64,000 bases of DNA from Macrostomum hystrix (Eukaryota > Animalia > Platyhelminthes): assembly GCA_950097015.1 (NCBI GenBank), contig CATNEN010000007.1:744001-808000 (forward strand), read 5' to 3'. The first letter of the stretch is position 1. The number at the start of each line of letters is the position of its first letter. A model generated the notes under the pieces. The model did no database searches and was not told the DNA's origin. It saw nothing but the letters and a program-made list of their open reading frames with translations. The position numbers were made by a program, and so were the translations under genes. Below are positions 41,201 to 50,624 of the stretch, piece by piece.

Positions 41201-42857
41201 GGTTCATCAACCTCTGGAAGGTTCCAGGTGCATTTGACAAGCCTTGAGCCATTACTTGGTACTCAAACTGGCCCCTAGTTAATGTCGAGAATGCCGTCAT
41301 ATGTTTGTGTTCTTCTTTAATTGGGACTTGCCAGTATCCAGAGTTAAGGTCTAAACTGCTGAAATACTGACTTCCAGTAAGGTGAGAGAATGTCTCCTGA
41401 ATATTAGGTAACGGATACGGATAGTACTCCACACGAGAATTCAGTACTCGAAAGTCACTCACGATCCTTATTGTACCATCCTTCTTTGGTACTATGACCA
41501 AGGGTGTAGAATAGGTGCTATAACATGGCCTAATCAGGTTTTTGGCCAGCATGTCATCAAGCAAATCATCCACCTGTTTTTGCAAATGAGGCGGAATTCT
41601 GCGAGTCGGTATTCTGACTGGCGTAGTATCTTTAAGAGCAATTTCATGCGTCACCAAATGTGTCAGACCCATATCTTGCTCGGTCTGAGAGAACGCTGCT
41701 CTGTTCTCTTTCAGCAATTGTATAACTTGTTCCTTTTGTTCCGAATTCATCTCTCCGATGTTAACCTCCTTGATCCATTCATCAATGTCCTTTGAGGCTT
41801 CCTCTCTCTTTACAGCATTGACTTGTCCGGTATTTTGACTCGAATTGATTGAATTAACAAAATAATTCAAGTTCTTCGCTGTTAATGGCTTGGCATAGCC
41901 AATAAGAGCTGCTCCTTTCACTTTGACTTCTCTGTTCTGTTTATTGACTAGTTCTATGACTCCAACTCCTTCGTTCAAGGTTACTAATGCTGGTACTAGC
42001 TCCAGATCATAACCTTTGGCTGCAATATAGCCGTCATTAGTCTCAATCACCATGGGAGTACCGTAATTAGCTTCGGCATTTTCTCCCAATCGGATTGGCA
42101 CTTTCAAAGCACTATTCGCTGGTATCGTGATCTGATTCTGGCAATAGACTCGTCGAATTCGAACAGGTAGTCTTGTGAACTGAATTGGGATGCAGATCCC
42201 ATCTTTCAGTACCAAGACTCCTTTACTGAAATTGATACCATCACAGTAGTCTGTGAGAAAGTCCATTCCAAGGATGTCGTCACAGTCGTGGTCACACAGA
42301 AGAAATCTTGTCTCAATCTCAATTTCTCCGAACTTCACTTTAAGCATTGCTTCACCTCTAAGTGACACAACTGATCCGTCAAACGTGGTGACTCTCAAAT
42401 TGCATGGTTCTATCTCGTCGTCACAAACCACTCTCTTCCATGAACTCCTACTTAAGAAGTTGTTTCCGGCTCCTGTGTCTATCAAAAACATAATATCTCG
42501 CTTTCGTATCTTTCCATTCACAATTGCTTCCTGACCTTTCTTGACCGGCTCTGGGATTCTGATCGTCTCAATGGGTGACTCACTTTTAATTTCTTTGCTA
42601 GCGGCTTTCTGACTTGTTTCACATGGTGTAACTGGTGCTTTCGCATGTGCTTGCATTTTTGCAGTGCTGGGTGCATACGCATGGTGCTGTCTCATTTCTC
42701 GCGGCTGATTAAACTTGTTGAAATAATAATTATTTTTCTTGTAAGCAAAACGTTGGTTATCAATTTTATACGCACTATTTACAAACTCTGAGGCCTGGAA
42801 TTTGTTAAAGGATTTTCCGGAGGAACGGGGCCTCGACTTACGTCCCTCGTATTTTAG
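38247..42857 (-). CDS. pol: Gypsy Pol (aspartic protease, reverse transcriptase, RNase H, integrase), expressed via -1 frameshift from gag
   Basis: PR FLIDTGA; RT YIDD; RH DTDAS; IN HHCC (HDSPLAGH...CIPC) and core. The frame is open from 42857 (slippery site) to the stop at 38247, upstream of the 42695 ATG given in the ORF track. Confidence 0.95.
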   Translation of the reverse strand, partial: LKYEGRKSRPRSSGKSFNKFQASEFVNSAYKIDNQRFAYKKNNYYFNKFNQPREMRQHHAYAPSTAKMQAHAKAPVTPCETSQKAASKEIKSESPIETIRIPEPVKKGQEAIVNGKIRKRDIMFLIDTGAGNNFLSRSSWKRVVCDDEIEPCNLRVTTFDGSVVSLRGEAMLKVKFGEIEIETRFLLCDHDCDDILGMDFLTDYCDGINFSKGVLVLKDGICIPIQFTRLPVRIRRVYCQNQITIPANSALKVPIRLGENAEANYGTPMVIETNDGYIAAKGYDLELVPALVTLNEGVGVIELVNKQNREVKVKGAALIGYAKPLTAKNLNYFVNSINSSQNTGQVNAVKREEASKDIDEWIKEVNIGEMNSEQKEQVIQLLKENRAAFSQTEQDMGLTHLVTHEIALKDTTPVRIPTRRIPPHLQKQVDDLLDDMLAKNLIRPCYSTYSTPLVIVPKKDGTIRIVSDFRVLNSRVEYYPYPLPNIQETFSHLTGSQYFSSLDLNSGYWQVPIKEEHKHMTAFSTLTRGQFEYQVMAQGLSNAPGTFQRLMNLVLIGIQHKFAMSYIDDIVTYSKEFDEHLCHLREVFRRLSEAGLKLRPRKCNLFQEELKYLGHIVGRNGIRTDPAKIEAIRSWPTPQDVKELRSFLGLCNYYCRFVKDYAEAAHPLFQLTKKGITNFKEKWNSKHDEAFALLKQKMMSTDVLAYPEFSEYENVKMVLDTDASEGRIGACLGQIQADGVERPIAYFSRAMTESEKRYPITRKELLALVDGMKHFRFYLIGKKFLARTDHKAILWLLRQTEAQGILGRWIERLSEFQYEIQHRSGAKHSNADSLSRRPSEIKEASEAKINQSQITGRAMMSQSCQTDSGIDTDDDDANEIFVDARDYFEDEELEETTACRKLLTDFLSVPLTKEQLVIAQREDQDVKILIEWKEQGILRPELPTGASHELKKMIKSYEQMKIEDGMLTIVTDGTRKVVLPSGIEKEVLRELHDSPLAGHLGRDKTVQKVRERFWKPGLVTTVENYVAKCIPCLESKAGNKVKAPVQTFPVCEAFHRLHIDLIGPISKESRRGHKYVLTVIDSTTKFPFAFPIRNQKSDTVIKLLQERIFSEYGQCRWIHTDNGKTFVSRQFQAFCTLYGIKHTCTTPYHAQSNGLVERFNRQIKSIITCLVEKDHSDWDLLIPAALVAVRTSVNQTTGFTPHYLLFGREAELPIDSVVKRPRLYYDYPSYVADHAKRIEEMQKVVQKKLEKVRDRREQAAETVITKAVPIGGLVLINNPQLHGDESHKFHRKKRASYRVLAKLSDTVFRVQKEEDGKLIGAMLLVHRNNLTPVPNSVKATDMTISSDVEKREQTDKGRQETAQKTKKRREAQPRMVKRPIQEIEQEESSDSEEEIIQWRARKGTDISGSEVEETDGGPDTESGSSAEELMEDSETETEEELEESEEDSEEEPEAEPSGHNAVEEPAREEEAEDRADAASEAAAPLQWREVRYNLRPRKCPVINEPVGPTPVTNHREAPRKPNKYGFVPRKRYSHYQ

Positions 42858-43399
42858 TTTCCCTGGTTCTGGAAGTTCTGCTGACCGTTGCCCATCCTCA
42901 TAGGACAGAATCTGGCAATATGGCCGAGTTTTCCGCAGTTGAAACAGGTTCGGTTCTGGTTCAAGAATTGCGGCCCATTGTACTGCGTATTCTGCTGTTG
43001 CAGGAACTTAGGTACATATGGCTTCCTTGGTACGTACTGTTTCTCAGCCATTTTGCTGGTGAGCTCCTGCAAGAGTTTCTGCTGTCTTTCAGTTCGTCCG
43101 AATCTTTCTGCTATCCGCTCCTTGAATTCTTCGTAGTCAAGGTTTTCTGGGAGGTTCATTCTCTGTACAGAGGCAAATGCTGTGGACAAGTCCAAGTTGG
43201 CAAGCAATTCCTGCTTTCGATGGTCCACATCAATTCCTTCTGTCTCGCATCTTTGATCAAATGCGGTGAGCCACACCTGAATATCCTGATTAGGTGTGAA
43301 CTTTTGGATCTTCACATGGCGTGTTGGAGCAATCTCCAACCGATTTCTCAGCTCTTCCGCGAGTACAGCCATCAAATCTTGTGCTTGAGCTTGATCCAT
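42854..43399 (-). CDS. gag: Short Gag (181 aa) with CCHC zinc knuckle
   Basis: CFNCGKLGHIARFC knuckle; N-terminal KFTPNQDIQVWLTAFD retro-Gag-like region; positioned just downstream of the PBS. Confidence 0.9.
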   Translation of the reverse strand: MDQAQAQDLMAVLAEELRNRLEIAPTRHVKIQKFTPNQDIQVWLTAFDQRCETEGIDVDHRKQELLANLDLSTAFASVQRMNLPENLDYEEFKERIAERFGRTERQQKLLQELTSKMAEKQYVPRKPYVPKFLQQQNTQYNGPQFLNQNRTCFNCGKLGHIARFCPMRMGNGQQNFQNQGN

Positions 43400-43436
43400 T
43401 GTTACTCCTCAATGGGGTTATTTCGCTGTTTCTCTG

Positions 43437-43454
43437 ATCCCACCGCTGCCACCA
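43437..43454 (-). promoter_or_regulatory. Primer binding site complementary to tRNA-Leu 3' end
   Basis: TGGTGGCAGCGGTGGGAT lies 4 nt inside the 5' LTR boundary and is the complement of ...ATCCCACCGCTGCCA-CCA, as in metazoan tRNA-Leu(AAG/TAG). Confidence 0.85.
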
Positions 43455-43458
43455 AAGT

Positions 43459-43842
43459 TGTAACAGGGCTTGTCTCTCTACTTTTCTCTCTAATGGTAGC
43501 GTATCACTCGGCACGAGCGGTTTAACCTTCTAAGGCACTGGCTTACTATTCTCCAGTCTTTGCTGGGCGTCTTCTGTGGATCAGAGGGTCACAGCCTCAA
43601 ATAACCAACTCAACACTTTTCTTCTTCAGTAATAGCTTATTTGCTTTTCGCCACACTGGCACGTTGATTTGTCTCAACTGAATTACACTCGTTTATATAC
43701 ACATAAGAAAATGTTTGTTAAAGTAAACGAATTTGACAAAATATTTAAAATATATTACATATAAAAAATATTTTGCGCATTCAAACAAAAAGCATAGGCA
43801 CGAATTTGACTTTAAAGAAATAATAAAAGCATCCCTACTACA
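43459..43842 (-). repeat. 5' LTR (384 bp)
   Basis: TG..CA termini; direct repeat of 37671-38045. Confidence 0.95.
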
Positions 43843-44650
43843 CTAGCAGAATGCAGAAATGTGCTCATACTTCCCTTCCCACCAACCAGCTCATCCCTTT
43901 TGGCCATAGACACTTGAGCATGTTTTGCTTTTATCTCCCACCACACTGATCATTTGCTACAGACAAGTTCCCCAGGACCCCAGAAGCAGCCCTAGTTTGT
44001 TAAGTGCCAAGAAGATTTATTGATGTGATTGAAATTCCAAGTTGTCACATTGATTTAAAATGAAACTTTTCAGAAAAAGTGTTTAACAAAGAATTTGAAA
44101 CCAATGCCACACATGTAATATTCAAAGAAATATTTTACCTTTAAGAATTTGATGTAGAAAATGGTTGAGACCAATTCATTAAGTGTGGCCACTTAGTGCC
44201 TTTGATAAAGTAACTATGGAAGATATAATATTTGTTGGATGAGCATAGGGCCTATAGCTTTTAAAGTAGGTAAATATAATTTCTTAGCTGATCAAGGCCA
44301 TAGACTAGTGTGTCAAAAGTCTAAGAATCATTAAAACTACTTATTAGATATGAAGTCAAAACTAAAACTATGCAGGTATACTGGTAATAAGAAGTATCGA
44401 ATTTGGAAGATATAATAAAATAGCAGTCATTATTTTGATACATTTTTACAATTGCATTATCATTTTGGTTATAACCAACATATTCATGACTTGTTACTGA
44501 AGTTGGTTTAATTTGTTTGGTATCTTTTTTGGGTAGTTGACTAAGTGAACAATATGGATTCTTGATTCTGATTTCTTGGTTCTAAGTAGTTTACTCAAAC
44601 TAGTCAAATAAATTTTTGTCAAAGCCTATAGCCTATCTCATAGAAGTGTT

Positions 44651-45206
44651 TGTAACAGGTCGAACACTCCCAATTAAATCTCTTCAGGTAGTAATTATTC
44701 TAGGCCATTTTTACTCTCTACTTGACATTTTCCTAATTTCCTATCCTATATACCAAAAACTTTAATTGGTGGACCTGAAAAGGGTCGTTTTAGCTCCACA
44801 AATCTTTCTCCGTGGGACTGCTTAAGGTAGCACTCACACTTGGCAAGAGTGGTTTATCCTTCTAAGGCACTGGTCTCTTATTCTACTGTCTTTACTGGGC
44901 ATTTATCTAGGATTAGAGGGTCACAGCCTTGATCTCAGTCTGTCACGAATAACCCAAACACTTAATCTATTAAGTAACAACACACTTTTAAGTGTTTTAT
45001 ATTTCCCCAGTTTTGAGCCTACAAATCCTTGAGGCCTGCATGCCAGATAAAGAAAACGTTACAAAACTTGCTCCTTTTTATACAGGGTGAATTACAGTTT
45101 GCTATTATTGGCACTATTTAGCAGAATATAAAATATATAGAAATTACAAAATATTTTTAGCATAATTAGGCACAAACTAAAATCCCTAAAAAAGCACCCT
45201 ACTGCA
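44651..45206 (-). mobile_element. Diverged solo LTR related to the Gypsy element, 4-bp TSD TGTT
   Basis: Starts TGTAACAGG and ends AAAGCACCCTACTGCA. It shares CCTTCTAAGGCACTGG and AGAGGGTCACAGCCT with the young LTRs, and TGTT flanks both sides. Confidence 0.8.
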
Positions 45207-45671
45207 TGTTATAATTTTTTTACTGCGTTAAGGCGTTTGATTTTTTGAAGTGATTTAAAAACAATTAAAACATGTATCAATATACTACTAGCTTTATATA
45301 TCTTACATTGGTTGGATTTGCCAGTCTTCTCATCTTTTACTACAGAAGCCTAGCTTCCCATTCAGTGTAATTCCTAAGATAGGCTTTGTGTAATATAGTT
45401 ACATGTGGCCTTAAAATTCCACAGCCAGCAACCTAAATACCTAAATATTGCTTTCCTAAAAAAGCAAAATTAAAAACTTTTGTTAGGGCCTAAGACATTG
45501 CAGTGATATAGTTTTTTGTATCTTCCAAATTTTCGTATGACAGTCTTGGAGTTTCTAGTAGACGGGCTGTACAAGTACTCCATTCATGCTCATTTTTTCT
45601 GTTTAAAGCCCTGAACTATACAATTCAACCCACAGCTTTGTTGAGGTCATCTAAACCTAGAATAGTTAAAT

Positions 45672-46049
45672 ATGTCCTGGAGCTCCTGGTTCGGCGGTGG
45701 TTCGTCTGGCAGCGGCGACAAGCCGGCCTCTAGCGACGCCTACAATGACACTAGCGGCTTCCGCTACGAGACTGTGCCCAGTGCAGGCTCATCGTCTAGC
45801 CACATTGGGTCAAGCAGCTCTGCTAGCAGCGACTTTCAGCAGCAAGTGCAGCAGCAGATGCTCGTAGCCGAACTGCAGCGCAGAATTGGTCAGCTGAGCG
45901 GCCTGTGCTGGGAGAAATGCATGACCGCCTATCCAAAGTATTCGATTAGCTCTCGCGAAGAGAGCTGCGTTAGCAACTGCGCCGAGCGCTACCTGGATGT
46001 CAGCTCGCTGATCGCCGAGGGCCTGGCTAAGAAATTTGAAGCTTCGTAA
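45672..46049 (+). CDS. TIMM8: Small Tim chaperone, Tim8/Tim13 family (twin CX3C), 125 aa, single exon
   Basis: LCWEKCM...ESCVSNCAERYLDVSSLI gives twin CX3C with Tim8-like spacing; the N-terminus is extended and Gly/Ser-rich. Confidence 0.85.
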   Translation: MSWSSWFGGGSSGSGDKPASSDAYNDTSGFRYETVPSAGSSSSHIGSSSSASSDFQQQVQQQMLVAELQRRIGQLSGLCWEKCMTAYPKYSISSREESCVSNCAERYLDVSSLIAEGLAKKFEAS

Positions 46050-47129
46050 TATTTCTTTCTAATGTTTAAGCAACTTTTGCAACTTTTCCCACTTTCGAGC
46101 GTAGAAGAAAAATAATAGTCTAATTGCAGTATAGTAGAAAGCTGCCATGTTGTACAATGAATTCGAACTATTGATCCTCTGTTTCATTGCTTCATATAAA
46201 TTAGCACTTAAAAAAACAAGGAAAATCTGGTGCATTTGGTGCATTCTAAACAAATAAAAAGACAGCGCTTAGGCAGTAAATGATAATATTTGCTAAGTGT
46301 TGCCTTTGAGCTGAAGCAGAATAAAATTTTTATAATCCTTTAACAATTATTTTCTCTCATTTCAACGCAGCTTTAAGAGACAAAAAAATAAAATCAAAGT
46401 CTCAGTTTTTTGTAGAGCAATTAGCTTCAGTTCCAGAATTGTCTAGAATTCTGCACTTCAAAAACAAATGCAGCTTAATCTAACATGCGTTTTATTTACA
46501 AAGACATTTTTACAGTAGGGTTTAAGTCTTAAGGCCAGTGACCCAGTGCCTTAGGCCCCAGTGACTCAGTGCCTTAGGCCTCAGGCCAGTGCCTGAATGA
46601 GGGCTGGGATAGTGCTTGAAAGCGGGCTGAGGGAGTGTCTGAATGAGATCTGATGGAGTGACCGGATGCTTGAATGATTTTTGTGATTCGAGACGACTAT
46701 TAAACCGAACAATTGAACTAAAACATACAGCATGCGTCAAAACCATTTAGCATGCTAATTGTACACATCTGCTCATGGAGACGCGCATTTTATACTTTTA
46801 ATGTAAAGTTTCTTACTTGCTATCAAATTTTAAAGGAGCTCGTACAAATAAGTGTTTCATATAACTAAGTAAACTACTGCTGCCTAACCAAAATAAATAG
46901 CAAATATGTAGTATAAACAAAAAACACAACGTAAGGACAATTTTTTTAAAGTACACAACGCAATAAAATCCTGAAGTGGAGATCCAGGCTTAACTCGGTT
47001 TTGTGGAGATTGCTGTCATTTGAACAATTGAAAGCGAATTTTTCAAAGAACGATTTAGATGCGATGCTATAGGTTTAATGGACATCAGAATGTCCATTAC
47101 AGTTTTTTGTGTTGGTCCGTTGGTTGAAA

Positions 47130-47400
47130 ATAGGTCATGTATCAAGTGCGCGGAGAGATAGGTCAGGGATCGAGTTTGGATAATAGGTCATGGATCAAGA
47201 GTGGGGATAATAGGTCATGAATCAAGAGTGGGGATAATAGGTCATGGATAAAGAGTGGGGTTTATAGGTCATGGATCAAGAGTGGGGTTCATAGGTCAGG
47301 GATCAAGAGTGGGGTTTATAGGTCAGGGATCAAGAGTGGGGTTTATAGGTCATGGATCAAGAGTGGGGTTTATAGGTCATGGATCAAGAGTGGGGTTTAT
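47130..47400. repeat. Minisatellite, 27-bp unit ATAGGTCATGGATCAAGAGTGGGGTTT
   Basis: About 10 copies between the TIM8 and Pygopus 3' ends. Confidence 0.9.
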
Positions 47401-47662
47401 AACCCCACTCAAAGAAACATCCATATTTTTTAGCGGGGAGTGGGGATTAAGTGTCAAGGGTTCTATTTGGGTGATAATGGGATTTAGCGTGGGATATCAG
47501 ATATTTCATAATAAAATGAATTAAAGGTGGTGTGCTGGGATGGGATAGTTTAGGAATGGTGTTTAATACCAGAAGGATAAAAGAAGAGTTAGTCGAACGG
47601 CGCGGAGCAGTTGTAGGTCAAGTCATACAGTTACTATCATAGGAAGAAGCCATGTGGCTTAC

Positions 47663-48319
47663 TTAGGCTTTGTAGCGCACAAAAGCAATAGAGCCGCTCT
47701 TGGAGTAGCAATCGTCGCACAGCCACTCCGTGTAGACTTCGTTGCGCAGCATTCGCCAGGCGTCGCTAGACAGCTCCGTGCAGGCCCGATGGTACCAGTT
47801 CTTGCAGGCCGCCTCGCACTGGATGCCTTCGTCTGTGTCGCCAATCTGCATTCGGCAGGCGCCGCACAGGAACACAGCCGGCGCGTTGACGCTGCCGTAG
47901 GTGTGCAGCATTGCCGGCTGGCCGGGCGGCGGAGGCGGCGCGTGCGGATGCATCGGCGGCTGACGGCGATGCTGCGGTTGGCCAGCCATCGGCGGATAGT
48001 CGATGGGCGGAGCGGCTCCGTAGGGTCCGGTGGCGGCCGCAGCGACAGCCGCGTGGCCATTGTGCTGATTGGGATAGCGCTGCATCATCATCATCTGCTG
48101 CTGCTGAAGGTGATGAGGATGCGGCATCATTGGCGGCCCGCCAGGCGGCATGTGATGATAATGCTGCTGCGGTGGCATTGGCTGCTGTGACGGCTGCTGC
48201 TGCTGCTGCATCTGCGGTGGACCTCCAGGATGGCCGCCTGCCGTAGGACTGCTAGCTGCCGCGGCTGCTGCGGCCGCTGCGGCAGCCGCCTGATGAGCCG
48301 CGGCGCTTGCAACCGGCAT
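47663..48319 (-). CDS. PYGO: Pygopus-type PHD finger protein, 218 aa in a single exon (upstream exon not excluded)
   Basis: C-terminal FLCGAC...IQCEAACKNWYHRACTELSSDAWRMLRNEVYTEWLCDDC is the Pygopus PHD signature (CEASC..WFHR.C.G....A...L..E....W.CD.C); the N-terminus is Pro/Gln/His/Ala-rich. Confidence 0.88.
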   Translation of the reverse strand: MPVASAAAHQAAAAAAAAAAAASSPTAGGHPGGPPQMQQQQQPSQQPMPPQQHYHHMPPGGPPMMPHPHHLQQQQMMMMQRYPNQHNGHAAVAAAATGPYGAAPPIDYPPMAGQPQHRRQPPMHPHAPPPPPGQPAMLHTYGSVNAPAVFLCGACRMQIGDTDEGIQCEAACKNWYHRACTELSSDAWRMLRNEVYTEWLCDDCYSKSGSIAFVRYKA

Positions 48320-48519
48320 GACTGACTGGGCGGATTGGGCTTTGAGAAGTGCAAGAAAAATGTGTCTCTCGCTGTGACACAGGTATACAGCAATGGATTT
48401 GCAGTTTGATGTTATTGCACCTGTAATTTACAGGTTAATATATTTCATTCCGATTCATTTATAAGCTAATTATACCTCAAAAGTGTATGGATATTCTCTC
48501 ATTTAGACAACTTCAGAAG

Positions 48520-48660
48520 GCTGCGCACGGCTGTTCAGTCCATGGACTGGGGGAGGGACGCCACACCCACCCCTAATTACCCCAGCTAATGCCGGCCACC
48601 CATTAAACAGCTGGGTGAACTGAAGCAATGCAGATTTAGGTGTCTTACTAAACGCTAGGC
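48520..48660 (-). mobile_element. SINE fragment (same family as the 13 kb and 33 kb copies, no tRNA head)
   Basis: Shares CCACACCCACCC-TAATTACCCCAGCT and CAGCTGGGTGAACTGAAGCAATGCA with the other copies. Confidence 0.55.
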
Positions 48661-49217
48661 TACAACCCCATGAATTCCAAATATTTGAGGGATGTGATAA
48701 TCTGGTCACATTGGGTTGGGAATAGCTTCTCAATAATATGGGACGGGTGGAATGAGTTAGGAACATAGACTTAAGGTAAAAATGTACAAAAATTTTACAA
48801 ACAAGAAATTGTATTTTTGAAGACATATTTATTTCTCAAGTCTTACATTAGAGGGTAGCATGCTTAGTTATGATAAATTGAATGGACAATCCTCGTCAGC
48901 GGGAGTGTTTTAATACAAATATTATTTAGAAGAAGCAATGGGTTAGCGACAAAAGTACATATAGAAGCAGACCATCAATCATGAGTGAAGTACTAATGCA
49001 AATATGTTATAGAGTCTGAATAAGAATATTCTTTGCGAGTTTTTTCAGAGACTCGGCAGAGATTTAGCCTTGGTCTATTAACATTTATTTTGCGTGCAAA
49101 AATTAGGCGATTCGATATTAAAAAAAGAAACTTTGCGCAGAAAATGAACAAGTCCGTGAAAAGGCTGTTAGCTGAATCCACCCTCTATATTAGTGCATAG
49201 ACCCTCTACAATAAGCA

Positions 49218-49631
<414 letters not shown>

Positions 49632-50469
49632 TCAATTATTTTGTAATGTTTTGGTCCTGTTGTGAAATTGGCAACATTTTAATATTTTAAAAGCAGCGAA
49701 ATTCTAGGCTGAGCTGAACATTCTTGCACGGTTTATGTCTATGGTCAAACCCCATTTGCTTCAGCTACCGACCTTTGAAACTATTTACTTATTGTCTATA
49801 ATTTTTTTAGTTGAACAGATAAATAAAAGCGAAGGACTGCTTGAAGATTAGGAAACAACGATGCCTTGTATAATTGTGAGTCAGAAAATAATAGGTCTAG
49901 TAAAAAAAGCAGCAGCAATAGTTAACAGAGGGAGTATCTGTGTACTTTTGTCTGCAATTTTCAATTCCTTGTCATCTAATTAATACTTACATTTGTGCAC
50001 GGGAGGCATTATTTAGCACTATACTCTCCTAGGCTATCCTTTAAATAATAAGGAAAAACGAATTGTTACTACATGCATTTTTTATCTTAAGTTATCTTAC
50101 TTTACTACTTATGGACACCTCATTGCGTTGGAAGTTTTATGTTACTCCACAGGCGCATATCCAATGGACTTTGACTATTGAGTTAGGATATTGTCAATAT
50201 GTCAACTATAAGTAGCTGATCTCCTAAATAAAAACTTAGTAGAATATGTAGTTTAGTAAATAATTTAGCCTCACTGCACAACTAAATGTTAATGTGATCT
50301 AAACGATGCAGTACTATGATTAAAACTAACTTTCACAAACCATATTTTTGTGATTTTGTCTAGTTATTTTTCTTTTTTTTAAACACTCATGCATATTTTA
50401 ACCATCTTGCTTGATTACTACTTTATTTGCTTTTTTTACACTGACACATTGTTTTGTCACATAGAAATT

Positions 50470-50624
50470 ACAGTAATTAAAGTCCAAAAGAGGTTTGTTA
50501 AAGTAAGTGATTTTAACAGCATATTTAAAATAATATATTTTGTGAATTAAAACAAAGAGTATAGGTACAAAGTTGACTTAAAAAAAGAGTGGTAATTTCA
50601 TATAAGTAAAGCATCCCAACTACA
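50470..50624 (-). mobile_element. Old LTR-end fragment of the same Gypsy lineage
   Basis: TTTGTTAAAGTAA...ATATTTAAAATA...TTGACTT...TAAAGCATCCCAACTACA aligns by eye with the LTR end ...AAAGCATCCCTACTACA. The other boundary was not found. Confidence 0.6.

Larger units (their letters stand above)
37671..43842 (-). mobile_element. Young Ty3/Gypsy LTR retrotransposon with both LTRs and an uninterrupted pol, 6172 bp, 4-bp TSD CTAG
   Basis: Both LTRs are TG...CA and CTAG flanks both ends (37667-37670, 43843-43846). PBS, PPT, gag and an uninterrupted pol with PR-RT-RH-IN order are present. Confidence 0.97.
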
